Assembly: GCA_951406725.2 (NCBI GenBank) | Contig: OX597826.1 | Location: 620,001-684,000, forward strand | Direction of reading: 5' to 3' | Origin: Octopus vulgaris | Lineage: Eukaryota | Length of the DNA stretch: 64,000 bases | Made by a program: the position numbers and the translations under genes | The notes under the pieces: generated by a model | Seen by the model: the letters and a program-made list of their open reading frames with translations, nothing else | Databases searched by the model: none | Told to the model about the DNA's origin: nothing | Shown here: positions 27,302 through 41,170 of the stretch, in pieces | Numbering within the stretch: position 1 is the stretch's first letter | How the letters are laid out: the number at the start of each line of letters is the position of its first letter

Positions 27302-27382
27302 GTCTAGAAAAACAATTTACTATGGATGCATTTATTGCAAGAAACAGCTAGGTTTTTTTCTCTTACGTTTTACTTAGTTTAA

Positions 27383-27994
27383 CCCATCGTGGGCCGGTAG
27401 GGTTGGAATTACATAAAAGACAATTGGGATCCCGAGGAACCCGCTTTTTATTTTTGCGCATTTCTGCACTGTCCATAAATTAATATTTGTTTAATCTTGT
27501 ATATATGTGTGAATGCATGATACAGAACAAGAAATTTAGCACTTTATATTGTATGTATTGGTAATTATAAGCGTTTAATGGAGGGGAATTAAAATATGAT
27601 TTATTGGCTGAAAAAAATCTTTATTGAAAGAAATCAACATTATTTATAGTTTTATAAACTATACATATAGTACTAAATATAAAATAAAACAAAATTATTT
27701 AGTATATCGATTCATACCAGTAAAATACGAAGAAAATTTACTTATAGTTTATCAGAATATCTGAAAAAAGAACAGAAAAAATAATTTCACAGAAGGCCAA
27801 TGGGATCCAGTTGAACCCAATGACCATATTTTATGCTTTAACTGGAAATTTTCAATTCAAAATTTATATGTGCATACATAAACTATTGACAATAAAAGTC
27901 ATGAGATATAAAGTCATTTAAACAAAATATGTAGAAGTTGCATAACTTCTAAAATTTGCTGGGGTTCCAAGGGACCCCGCCGGCCCACGAAAGG
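27383..27994. mobile_element. piggyBac-like non-autonomous element
   Basis: TTAA TSD on both sides; cccatcgtgggccgg / ccggcccacgaaagg TIRs. Confidence 0.88.
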
Positions 27995-28635
27995 TTAATC
28001 TACACAAGTGAATTTGTTATGAGCAGAATATTAATTTTGAAAGAAGCCTGTATAAAATTACTTTTTAAACATCGAATGGCTATGGGGCTCTACCAGAGTA
28101 AAATAATAATCTAAGGGATTCATAGACAAAAGATAGCTGAGAATCGCTGGTTTATATGTTATGTTCTAAACTAAAATAATAAAATGTAATAAAATACCAA
28201 CTTAAAAACGAGCATTTTCTAGAAATATTACAGCCATTAGAAAAAATCAGTTTATAGTAAGCACAGCTTTTCTCAACTATTATTTTCTTTATATCGTTAA
28301 GTTTGATAATTATAATTATTATCCAAAATGTCCTACCGACATTAATTATATGTCATTACAACTGGAAGATTACCTCACCGGGAATTATGACTTGTAAAGA
28401 TTGTGTGCTTGGTATAGAAAGCATAATCTCCCTCGCCTAAAAGCGGAAGTGAATGCTTGTCTAATTGTTAATATTTCATCATTTCATTACCTCAGGACAT
28501 TCTGTGAATTTGAAAATCTAGCGGAATTAGAAAAACACTCAAGTGATAGTTATTTATTCATTTAATTACTTATGTAGGTTGTCTGCGATTGTATAAAATA
28601 ATTTTAAGTTCCTCTAACAACTTTTCTCCCCTTAA

Positions 28636-28790
28636 CAGTCGTCGTCATCTTCGCCATCACCATCGTCATCGTCGTCATCACCACAAGCACCATCATCATC
28701 ATCATCACCAACACCGTGCCTACCACTACCACCACTACCACCACCATCACCACTGTCATTGTCATCATCGTCGTAGCCTTCATCCTCATC
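28636..28790. repeat. (CAT/CAC)n trinucleotide low-complexity tract
   Basis: Directly visible. Confidence 0.9.
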
Positions 28791-30231
28791 GTTTATCGTT
28801 CGTTTACAGTAGCATGCAGCCAAAATTATCCATTATCCCCCCAACCCATTGCATTTTGCATAAGCAATGATGGCCCTGGGGTCGACTGACGAAGCCCTGC
28901 TCATCGGCAAGAATTTAATCCAAAGGCAGAATTTGATCTCAGAATGCAAAGAGCCGGAAACAAACACTGCAAAGTTATCTCGTGCGACGTTCTAACAATA
29001 ACGCCAATCCATCACCACTAGAGTTGTACTTATAGGAGTCCCCAAAATAATTTAGCTAAAAAAAACAAGAGATTACTGCTTTAGTGGGGGGGGGGGGCAG
29101 GATTGAGAATCTCAAAAGGGTTTCTTTAATTTTTTTTTTTTTTTGAGGGAGCGTCTAATCAAATATTTACGTGTCCTCGGGTTCTTCGAATTCTGGTTGA
29201 TGTTCCAGCTGAGCCCCCCTCCAACTGCTGCCTCTGGCCCTGGGTATTTCATTTATCAACTCTGACAGATAAAGAGTAGAGCTGACCTCAGCGGGGTTTG
29301 AACTCAGAATATAAAGGAACCAGAATAACAGTTGCTTTTCGAACAAAGTTCATTGCGATATCTGCTCTGCATCGAGTTACGCAAGCACACCCTCGTTACT
29401 CTCACTGTCGCCAAATGCATTGAAGCCAGTAACTGGTCCGCCAGAAAACTAGTAACTAACGATGCTGTTACTCACCAACTGGAATATGAAATAAAACAGA
29501 ATAAAAATAAATAAATAAATATCAATGCTTAATACTACTTCATTCCCCAAATAGCTTCTGGCCGTCTAGAAAGCACAAATACGACCTACATTTAAAAGAT
29601 GGTCCAGCTTTTAAACATATAAACATTCTAACCTTCATCACAAAAAGACAAGCTGCTCGGTAGTCAACTCCACCCCTGCCACACTCGCTGATACACAATA
29701 CCACAATACTACGACGTTCATGTATCACTTTCCAACACTTCCGACACACCTGAGCTCTCAAGTATTGTACCACCACAACCCGAAACGCACTCGATATATC
29801 CGAAGCTTTTCCCTCCAACAGCCATCCTTAATATATATATATCAACTTGAAAGCCCCTTTCTCTTTCGTCTTAACCCCAGTTTCCTGACACTCCTAGTTT
29901 GTCCACATTTACAACCTATAACAACATCGATTTCATTAGCTTCGAAGACTCGGCGGCTTGCTCAAAATATTTTCACAATCTTCGTTTCGCCCCCTAAACC
30001 CTAAACTTCTGGAACTCCCTTTAAATATACTTCAAATAAAGTAACAACTTCTATGAAGTTTACCATTTCGTGTGAGGTTTGGTATCTGTAATGAAGCTCT
30101 ACTGTTAGACAATTCAGAAAAAGAAAAGACTTTCGGAATTCTTAAACAAACAAACCCCAAGGTATATAACATATGCATATATACATACATACATACCCAT
30201 GCATACAACCACACACACACAAATATATATG

Positions 30232-30275
<44 letters not shown>

Positions 30276-30294
30276 TATATGTATATATGTATGT

Positions 30295-30344
<50 letters not shown>

Positions 30345-30353
30345 TATATATAT

Positions 30354-30895
<542 letters not shown>

Positions 30896-31954
30896 TAAGT
30901 TCAGCAAAATTTAGATTCAGATGAATATGGTACTTAAGTTAAAGCTGTGAAACCGGGTTGATTTGCAAGGAAAAACAAAAACATGGTAGTGTTGGAGTTG
31001 CGGAATTGGAAGAAATGACAGCATCAGACAGTACTGTCAAATGCCCGATAAGGAAAAACTATAATAAAAGGCGTCCTAGTTGTCACAATCCCGTCGTTCG
31101 TATATATGAAACTAAGGTGCTTCTATATTAATAATCTTAGTCCAGGGTAGGACTTTAAACTGCATCCGGTATTCGGGCCCTTGTATGGGAGGTTTGGGGA
31201 TTTAAGAAATGTAAAACCACCTCTTAACCACTCTTGTTCTCAGGTCCACTCTGATCCGGAGTAGTAACACCCGTTAAGGTCCCAACTATCAATCAATTAG
31301 CATGTAACCCTCAGGGAGTAAAGGACCCTAGTTTTCATTAAGACTTCCTTCAAAGAGAAGGCAAACTTGTATTAAAATGCCTATAGTGCAGTTGGTTTCT
31401 GGTCGTCTCAACCTCTGTTGTGCCACTGGGTTTTGTAGCTGATAGTACTGAAAAATGAGTTCAGAAATGTGCAACACTTAATCCACCCAAAACAAATTCA
31501 TACACATGAACCTCTTGGACTCTCACAACGTTTGCACGGACTTCATGGGTCTAAGAATTGGTCTTACTAGTGTAAATTTAGTAAATCTTGAGATATCTAA
31601 TGGTAAAAGACTCATAAAATGAGTGTTTACCATAACTGCAATCCCTGTTCTATTTATGTAAACTGTTTACATAGCTGACAAATCTATAACATGTACAAGA
31701 AAGTGTAAAATTATACAAAAACAAACGGAATTATTATATTTTTTAATATATTTTATATGTATATATGTATAAAGTACGTATAGCTTCAAATTTTGGCACA
31801 AGACCAGCAAGTCCGTGGTAGGGGGTAAGTTGATTACATCGACCCCGGTACTCACGTGGTTCTCATTTTATCGACTTCGAAGGAACGAAAGGCAATGCCA
31901 ACCTCGACGGAATTTGAACTCAGAATGTAAAGACGGATGAAATGCCGCTAAGCA

Positions 31955-32799
31955 TAAATCAAATAATTCTAACCAATCGGTATCTAACAGATCGGTTGCA
32001 TTTTTAACGACGAAGACTTTCGCTTTGCATGTTTTCCCTCGAAAAGTGACATTAGTCCACATTTCACTTTTGAAATGTAATTTTTCGTCCGTCAACCTAC
32101 GAGCAGATTTCGCTGTTTTTCTCAACTTAGGTTTCCCTATTTTCTTCCATGTGTCCATGTTTATTATTGAAATATCACTTCCAGTATCCAATCGAAGTTT
32201 AATATATATTCCATTTATTTTTACTTGTACGAATTTTCTTATTTGGGAGTCGATTTTTGTGTCTGCTGAGAGCACTCGACGATTTTTAACGTTTCACTTT
32301 CATCATTTTGTTCTGCAGTGTGAACTCATGTGACCAATTCTTTTGCAACTGTAACATTTTTGATTTTTTTCATTGGACAATCTTTTCTGAAATGTATGCC
32401 TCCACATCCATAACATCGATTAGGACGTGGTGCTCTTTCTGTATTGTACTTTTTCGGTCAGCATATTCATTGGGGGGGGGGGAGACAATATGAAATTACA
32501 GAAACGTTCATGCTCTAACGGAAATAATTTTCGCAATAACAATCTCATCTTTGTTGGTCCGACCATGATTTGCAATCTTGCTTAAAACTCTCCTCGTGCC
32601 TTCTGTAGTACGATGCAAAAGTTATAACCCCCCCCCCCTCTGGGTTATAACTGAATTCATTTATCGAGTTCGAAACGACGTCTGGCGAAAACGAACTTAC
32701 ATTTTTGGACTTATTTGAATAAAACTCCAATAATTGTTGTTGTTGTTGTTGTTGCTGCTGATGCTGCTGCTGTTGTTGTTGTTGTGGTTGTTGTTGTTG

Positions 32800-32830
<31 letters not shown>

Positions 32831-33291
32831 TGTTGTTTGTTGCTGCTGCTGTTGTTGCTGCTGTTGTTGCTGCTGTTGTTGTTGCTGTTTTTGTTGCTGC
32901 GGTAATAGTTGTTTCTGCAATTCCCTTTTCTGCTCTTGTTGTTGCTTTTGTAACTGTACCATGGAAGTTTATATGTCTTCCATTAATTAACAAGTTTTAT
33001 CACGAACAAATTGTTAAATAACCTACGTGAGTTCGAAACCCTCGTCGCCAGATGTTGTAACGTAATTTGCCACGTACAATAAACAAGATAACCAGACAAC
33101 AGTAACAACAGTGTAACGAACTAACAAATCTCTTCACGAACCAACAATCACTATTCCATATGAACTAACCAACCGACACTTACACGAACTTCACTTGACT
33201 CCGAACTCTGAACTCACTAGAATCGTTACTATTTATACTCTACTCGGACCGGTCTACCTCTCGAAAGGGAGCATTGTAACTCATCACAACG
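31955..33291 (-). mobile_element. Ty3/Gypsy LTR retrotransposon remnant: LTR, PBS, gag (poly-Q, CCHC) and aspartic protease
   Basis: LTR ~33053-33291 (tgttgt..acaac); PBS TGGCGACGAGG (33040-33050) complementary to tRNA-Ser(GCU) 3' end; CYSCKRIGHMSSHC knuckle ~32315-32355; LDTGSDISII protease motif. Confidence 0.88.
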
Positions 33292-33323
33292 CATATATGT
33301 GTGCACACAGAGAAAAAGAGAGA

Positions 33324-33361
<38 letters not shown>

Positions 33362-33473
33362 AATGAGTAAGTTCTTGAAAAGGGCAATCTGAGAGGCGCC
33401 AGTGTTGTTTTCAAGTGTACTTGAAACCAGTACACTTAACTTTTAAGAGTGAGAGCAAACATATTGGTATATA

Positions 33474-33866
33474 TTTTTACTCTTTTACTTGTTTCAGTCA
33501 TTTGACTGCGGCCATGCTGGAGCACCACCTTTAATCGAGCAACTCGACCCCGGGACTTATTCTTTGTAAGCCCAGTACTTATTCTATCGGTCTCTTTTCA
33601 CGAACCGCTAAGTGACGGGGACATAAACACACCAGCATCGGTTGTCAAGCAATGCTAGGGGGACAAACACATACGCACACACACACATATATATATATAT
33701 ATATACATATATATATACGACGGGTTTTTTTCAGTTTCCGTCTACCAAATTCACTCACAAGGCTTTGGTCAGCTCGGGGCTATAGTAGAAGACACTTACC
33801 CAAGATGCCACGCAGTGGGACTGAACCCGGTACCATGTGGTTGGTAAGGAAGCTACTTACCACACA
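33474..33866 (-). mobile_element. SINE family A, young
   Basis: Nearly identical to 30354-30750. Confidence 0.9.
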
Positions 33867-35238
33867 CCCAATGGCTTCTCTTCAAATGGATATATTTACA
33901 TGCAGAGTGGAGAGGCCTTTCTCTCAAGGAGGGCCGCTTATGCCAACGAGGAAACCTGTATGTTGTCACAAAACAATATTAGAAATAACAGCTTAATCAC
34001 TCTCAAGTTACGTTATTTCATCTTTAAAATTTAGGACATATTGACTAGTGTGGTCTTTCTTTTACAGCTTATTTGTGTGGGGTGGGCAAGTGCAGCAAAA
34101 ATGAATTTGTTTTCTTGTCTACGGTCTGCAAGGAAAGAAATTTACACACCGAAGCCCTGCCTTGAAAGCTTGCAATGGAGCAAACTCCGCAAAAGGCACC
34201 CAAGGGCCAAGTTGGTGTTGTTAAACTGAGCGTCGTATTAAGTTCACCGCCCACTCAAGAATGGAACTCATAACACAAACAGCCATTGGAACAAATACCG
34301 AACGACATCTAGCCCGACGCTTTAACACTTACGCCAACACACCGCCGTGGTGTGTAATTTACTTTTGTTTTAATGAACATGAAAGGATGAAAGATATGGT
34401 CTAACCACAGCGGGATTTGAACTCATTGAGCATATGACCAGAACAAATAGCGCATGGCATTTTGCCCGACATACTAACGATTCTGGCAATTTGCCTCCTG
34501 CAATGGAATGTTTGACCAGACGAAGTCGTAAATTGTGTCGTTATTTGACATGGCCTCTGATTTTTTTTTCTTTTTTCTTTTTTGTAGATTTGTGGATTTC
34601 GTTCCTCTCCGTGTCTGACTACATCCGATTTCTTTCAGAAAGAGAGACAGGAAGGAAGGAACGAACGAACGAACGGAAATGGAAGAAAGATAATTATTTT
34701 TCCCTGTATATAACTAGTTCTTTACTTTATCGATCCCAGAAAGAACGAAAGGCAAGGCTGACTTCGGTTAGATTTGAAATCACAGCTTCGATAGTGGGAG
34801 TGATTAGAGAAAACGCTATCTATTCAACAGCTCAAATGACTCTGACACTGGGTAACCTTAAACTGAGATGATCGCGGTTTGAATTCTTCTGCTCAGAGTT
34901 ACTCGATTAGGGATAACCCAAGGCTAATCATCACTAGAAAGAACTTACCTTTGTATCGGATATAATAAACTTGAAAGCATGGGCAATGTTTGGAATATAT
35001 TTTCTTCTCTCCATTCTACACTACCAACTCTTCGAAGTCTCTACAGCGTAGATATATGAATAACATACGAATATTTGACATAAAAATTAAGATCTTTTAG
35101 TTTTTCTGCAGAATATGCTGACATTGTGACACGCGCTCTGACACAAGCTTAGCTGTAATATGAAGAAGCTTGTTTCTCAGTTATGTGGTTCTGGGTTCGA
35201 AGAAAACTACCCAGCACCTTGGACGGCATTGTCTAAAA

Positions 35239-35592
35239 CAGTGGTTCTCAACTGGGTTCCATATGGGTCCTGAGGGTTCATATAAGATTTTAGTGGGGAG
35301 GGGCACGTAACAAAATAGTAAACTGGGGAGCCACAATATTATTTTAAGGGCTCCTAAAAAAATTTGCTTAAGATGCATGTATTGGTACGTATTGCAAGAA
35401 TCATCTAGGTTTCTTTAGCATTTTACATAGTTCAACCTAGACAAGTTAATGTGTGAAAGACAGCATAGGAATTTTGAAAGAAGTTTCTATTAAACTAGTT
35501 TTTAAACATTAAATGGCTATGGGGAGTCCACCAAAAATAAAATAGTAATCAAAGGAATTCATGGATAAAAAAAAATTGGTTGTGAACCCCTT
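35239..35592 (+). mobile_element. hAT-type MITE
   Basis: cagtggttctcaac / gttgtgaacccctt ends; perfect 8-bp TSD gtctaaaa. Confidence 0.88.
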
Positions 35593-35930
35593 GTCTAAAA
35601 AATCCTCAGTGCGGCCCAAATTTTATGAGTGAAAAAAGTAATAGAGGCCGTTCTTCATTCTTTAAATCTATGGGAAAAAGAAAAACACATGTGGCTCTTA
35701 ACCTAAAAACACCCTAAACTACTTCTCCTGCCTTGGAAATGTTGATGTGGTTACCAGTGATTTACCAAATGAGATTCCAGTTTCTTTAATTATTTCTTAA
35801 TTCAATGAATGCAAATCTTGATTGGTTAATTAACCTCTTTATTTTGCTGGGCCGATGAAGGAGCTGTTATGTGGAAGTTTCCACTTAACCTGCTAAAAAT
35901 AGCTGCCAGATCTCCTTGAAATTACAGCCT

Positions 35931-36353
35931 ACAGGCGCAGGCATGGCTGTGTGGAAAAAAGCTTGCTTCCCAATCACATGGCTCCGGGTTCAGTCCCATT
36001 GTGTGGCACCTTGAGCAAGTGCCTTCTACTATAGCATTGGTCCAACCAGTCTTGTGAGTGGATTTCGTTGACAGAAACTGAAAGAAGCCCGTTGTATATA
36101 TATATATATGTGTGTGTGTGTGTCTATGTGTGTGTGTTTTGAGTCGGTTTTTGTCCCCCACGACCGTTTGACAACCGGTGTTGGTGTGTTTACGTCCCTG
36201 GAACATAGCGGCTCGGCAAAAGGAACCGATAGAATAAATACTATGCTTCAAAAATAAAACCCTGGTGGTCGATTTGTTCGACTGAAATCGTTCAAAGCAG
36301 TGCTCCAGCATGGCTGCAGTCAAATGACCAAAAACAAGTAAAAGAATAAAAGA
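35931..36353 (+). mobile_element. SINE family A, full length
   Basis: caggcgcaggcatggctgtgtgg head, central (TA)(TG)n, taaaagaataaaagaat tail. Confidence 0.9.
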
Positions 36354-36527
36354 ATGCTTGTCAAGGAAAAGAAAACGTGCATTCGATGATGTGATTTGGC
36401 ATTTTTGGATCGACTCTCATTAAAAAGAAGACAGGAAGGTCATTATTAGAATGTCTTTAATCATAGATCTGCTCTTTTAGGATCCACCTCAGGTTAAACA
36501 ACAACAACAGCAACAGCAGCAACAAGT

Positions 36528-36660
36528 GGAGGCGCAGTGGTCCAGTGGTTAGGACAGCGGACACGCGGTCGTAAGAATGTGGTTTCGATTCCCCGACCGG
36601 GCATTGTGAGTGTTTATTGAGCAAAAACACCTATGCTCCACGACGGTCCAGCGGGAGGTG
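36528..36660 (+). mobile_element. tRNA-derived SINE family C head (related copies 37681-37945, 47248-47466)
   Basis: A-box gtggtccagtgg, B-box gtttcgattcc; downstream tttattgag..aaaacacct shared with 47248. Confidence 0.7.
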
Positions 36661-37680
36661 GACCATGGTGTAACCCATCATGGTGTGGTAAAACTTTCAG
36701 ATCCTAGTCTAGATTGCGAATCCTATGTGCCCCCAGGGTGGTTCCGCTCTCCAACCGTTAAAAGCCACCGTTTACGGGATGAGGATAACAACGTGACTTT
36801 CGCGCCCGTGCAACTGCCAATCTATCGCGTGTGGTGGGTGGATTCTTAATAGCTTAAAGTAGGCTCGAATTAGAGATTATTCTTTGTGGCTAATGGCGTG
36901 AGTCCTGATTGGAAGACGAAGAAGACAGCAGCAACATGTTTCTTGGGATTAACTAAACAACATCCTCGCTACAGCATCAGAAAAAATTTACACACAATCT
37001 GAAGCCGTAATTACCCGCCTCTCATCTTAACATTCTTCCTTACTGATTTTTATGTTCTTAACAGTTTTGTAAAGGCGGTGATCGGCCAGAATCGTTAGCA
37101 TGTCGAACAAAATGCTTTTCAGTGTTTCTTCCGGCCCTTTACGTTCTGAGTTCAAATCCCACCGAGGTCAACTTTGCTTTTTCGTCATTAAGAAAAAAGT
37201 ACTAGTTAACGTAATCGACTTGTTCCTTGCTCTCAAAATTGGTGACCCGGCAAGTGAACGACGACCCGTTCAGAGGTATTGTTGTACTCTCAGCCATTTA
37301 TGCAACGTGAAAACCGGGTAACAACACTGCTTTAGTAAATCTAGTAACGAAGTAAATCAATAACAAAACCTCTGGACAGTTGATAATCTCATTGTCCTAA
37401 AAATATTAGCAGCTTCTCTCATTCAAACCACGCCCTATGGATTTTAAAAAGTGGTAAATTATATGGGATAATGTAACCCTAGAAAAGATGAGATAGTCAT
37501 GAATAGGAATCTTATAATCGTAGATCTAACCAATGTCTAATACTCTAGCAAAAGAATTAACAAAACATTGCAAACTGTAAAGGTTAAACGTTTCTTCTTC
37601 GCTAATGATGTTATAAGATCGAAACACATTAACAGTTGTCTCCCGTAGTTACTATAACTTACAATGAAAATAATGCTGTG

Positions 37681-37945
37681 AAGGCGCATGGTCCAGTGGC
37701 TAGGCTGTAGCACTCGCGATCTAGCGATCGTGAGTTCATTTCTCGGACTGAGCGGCACAATGTGTTATTGAGCTAGGAGCTTAATTTCACTTTCTCCAGT
37801 TTACTCAGCTGCAAACAGGTAAGCCTGAGACGGACTAGCCTTCCAGAGGGATGACATCATTTGAAAGCTAAAACAACGCAAAGCACATTGTGACCAGCGA
37901 TATATAACAACATCCGATAGTCTGGTCGACCACGTGACCACGTGG
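37681..37945 (+). mobile_element. tRNA-derived SINE with gctaaaacaa..cattgtgaccagcgat..cacgtga tail
   Basis: tRNA-like head; tail shared with 47390-47466. Confidence 0.7.
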
Positions 37946-38643
37946 AAATAATGTTACTTATTGACTAACAGTATATTTCGCTGATATAAATTTGATTCAA
38001 GTTAAGTTTTGGACGTGATCAACAACTGCACTAAGATACACTTTATGAATGAACCAAACCGCTTGGGAACAACAAAATGCTGTGAAAACCTTCACACATT
38101 CTGCAATTGCTAAACCTCAAAATAAATAACATTTCACAGTAACCATAAATCAATAATGAACATTGATTTTAGAATTGTTTTTCGTGCGGTTGATGGCTAT
38201 GAGTTATTTACTCTCTAAACCAGTCTATATTCTATGTCAACATGTCGGCATTCTTGTGCATTTACTTAGCGTTTCTCTCATCAATACCTCGGCACAAAAC
38301 AACAAAGTTAATGCCTCACTAATAAAATAACAAAATGACCAAAGCATTTGCAGATTTGTCCCTCGAATCTGATTGAATATTTTAAATATTAACCATCAGC
38401 TAATATTGTTTTGTTATGTGTATTTTCCTTTGTTTTGTTGCTTTCGTGTAGTATAATTATTTCTATTTAATTGTTTTAATGTTTCTTGCATCAAATACTT
38501 TAACATTAATTAACCTAATTACGACCAACATACATTCAACAACTGCACTAAGTTACACTAAACACACCACAACCGCTCTGCTAGTGAACAATAATACGCT
38601 GTTAAAAACTACACGCATTCTGCAGTTGCTAAATCTGAAAATA

Positions 38644-38860
38644 CGAGCGGGTGTTGAAAAGTTCCTGGCTTTAAAAATGCCGGGAAAAGCCTGGTTGGCA
38701 GCCGAACCTTCCGATTTCTTTTACAGGGCTTAGAAAAACAGAAGGACCGTTGCAATAAATGTGTGAATCCGAGAGGGGAATATGTTGAATAAAATCATAA
38801 TTAACTGAAACTCCTGGATTTTCTTTTACCCAAAGCCAAGAACTTTTCAGCAATCCCTCG
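38644..38860 (+). mobile_element. mariner-derived MITE
   Basis: TA TSD, ~28-bp TIRs (cgag..ttgaaaagttcctggcttt); retains transposase C-terminus KCVNPRGEYVE*. Confidence 0.9.
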
Positions 38861-39393
38861 TAAATAACTTTTCATAGTGACCATAAACCAGTAATGAACA
38901 GGGAACTGCGCATTCCAAGGGCTGGGTTAACACTTATCTTTTATCCTTTACTTATTTCACTAATTGGACTGCGGTCATACTGGGGCATCGCTTTGAATTT
39001 AGTCGAGTTCTGCCAGGATCAACTTTGTCCTTCATCCTGTCGGCGTTTCATAAATATAAAAACATTATGACATCACCTGAGGTTTTTTTTTTTTTTCCAG
39101 TGAAATTTTGAGCTGAAGTTCTTAGAAGAAACGTCTTAACAGGAATTCTCGTGGACCGATCGCCAAATTAACTACCATCAAAAATACTTTAGACTGCCAA
39201 TTATATCAGCCGTTTAACAACTTGGTTCTTCATTTCAATCAGCTTCTGTTGCTTTTACAAATTGGGCTGATATTACTTCCATTAACATTCCAAATATAAC
39301 ATATTTTCCAGTCATCAATAAACCAATTGCGATTTATTTGTTTATTTATTTGCGTATTTACTTATATGTGTGTGTATGTATGTGTGTGTGTGA

Positions 39394-39464
<71 letters not shown>

Positions 39465-39465
<1 letters not shown>

Positions 39466-39900
39466 AAAGTCGACCTTGTCGAAATTTAAACTCAGAACAT
39501 AGCGACGAGTGAAATACCGCCAAGTATTTCGTCCAGCGTGCTAACGATTCTTTTCTACTCTAGGCACAAACCCGAAATTTTGGGGGCCCTTCGATTTGAT
39601 CGACATCAGTACGCAACTGGTACTTAATTTATCGACCCCGAAAGGGAGGAAAGGTAAAGTCGACCTCGGCAGAATTTGAACTCAGAACGTAAAGACAAAC
39701 AAAATACCTATTTCTTTACTACCCACAAGGGGTTAAACACAGAGAGGACAAAGAAGGACAGGCAAACGGATTAAGTCGATTATATCGACCCCAGTGCGTA
39801 ACTGGTACTTATTTAATCGATCCCGAAAAGATGAAATGCAAAGTCAACCTCGGCGGAATTTGAACTCAGAACGTAGCGGCAGACGAAATTTCTTTACTAC
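39465..39900 (-). mobile_element. SINE family B, tandem/dimeric copies
   Basis: Repeated tacttaatttatcgaccccgaaagg..aaagtcgacctcggcggaatttgaactcagaacgt. Confidence 0.85.
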
Positions 39901-40351
39901 CGCTTCATGTAATTCCTACTATTTAATTATAAAACTGCAAATTTTAAAACATAAAATGGTTATGAAGGTTCATCCGACTGAAATAGGAATCAAAGAGTTC
40001 CATAGGTAAAAAAAAATGGTTGAGAAACATTGGATCGGAACCATAGCTACCCTTCCGTTCTCATTTAGAATTGTGAGAAAAAAAGTGATTACCTTTTGAA
40101 ATCCTTGAACACTCACATTCCGCAACAAAACTCTATAAATAGATAAATAAATAAGTAAATAAATCGCAATTGGATTATTCATGAGTGGATAATATGTTAT
40201 GTTTGGAATGTTAATAGAATGAATACCAGCACACTGAAAAAAAACCATTGAAAATTGAATATCAAAAGAAAAGCTAATTTGATAGCCACACCAGTAGTCA
40301 AGATGGCCATAGACGGTGAGCTCAAACACACAATGGTGTGTGTGTGTGTAA

Positions 40352-40518
40352 TAGGCGTAAGAGTGGCTGTGTGGTAAGAAGTTTGCTTCCCAATCTCATG
40401 GTTCCGGGATCTGTTTCACTGCGTGTCACCTTGGGCAAGTAGCTTGTGCTATAGCCTCGGGCCGTCCAAAGCCTTGTTAGTAGATTTGGTAGACGGTAAC
40501 TGAATGAAACCCGTCGTA
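40352..40518 (+). mobile_element. SINE family A head (tail fragment resumes at 43452-43510)
   Basis: aggcgtaagagtggctgtgtggtaag..cccgtcgta(TA)n. Confidence 0.85.
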
Positions 40519-40539
40519 TATATATATATATATATATCA

Positions 40540-41065
40540 AAATCAATAGTACAGTGATTGTTTCTTGTCAGGAACAAAAAGATTAATAGGACTGCTATAG
40601 AAGCCTTATAGTTAAAAAGGGAACCATATGGTTCCCTTTTTAACTATAAGGCTTCTTTTACTTGAATAATTATTTAATAAGATTTCTAAACGATGAACTT
40701 TTATTTTATTTACATGATATATATTATATATTTTTTATATGCTCCTATATGTATATAGATATCTTGCAAACAAGATATCTATATACATATAGGAGCATAT
40801 TTTTATATATTACTTTATATTATATTTTTACTTTCTAGGTTTTCTTTAAAAAAATGTATTTTTCTGAATGGCTAAAGTATTAACTCTAAACTGTGAAGAA
40901 AAAAATTTTTATCGCACCTTATTATTATTATATGCTTGTATGCTTGTACAGATGAATTATGTTCCATCTTGCGGGATGTTTATATGTATATTCTATGATT
41001 AAATGTTCGAATTATGAAATGATATGCGGATGACGTTGCATTTGTTTGTTCAATAACGTTAGTTT

Positions 41066-41122
<57 letters not shown>

Positions 41123-41136
41123 CTCAAAACGAAATA

Positions 41137-41170
<34 letters not shown>

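Larger units (their letters stand above)
26998..28149 (+). mobile_element. hAT MITE host interrupted by two nested MITEs
   Basis: Segments 26998-27082, 27302-27382 and 27995-28149 join to match the intact copies at 35239 and 59842. Confidence 0.8.

Noticed and set aside
28589-28870. His-rich ORF
   Set aside because: (CAT/CAC)n low-complexity tract without splice or domain support
29540-30000. Possible old CR1/L2 3' fragment
   Set aside because: Too degenerate to support by eye
36528-36600. Possible tRNA gene
   Set aside because: A/B boxes are present, but the acceptor stem is poor and it continues into SINE body sequence found elsewhere in the window
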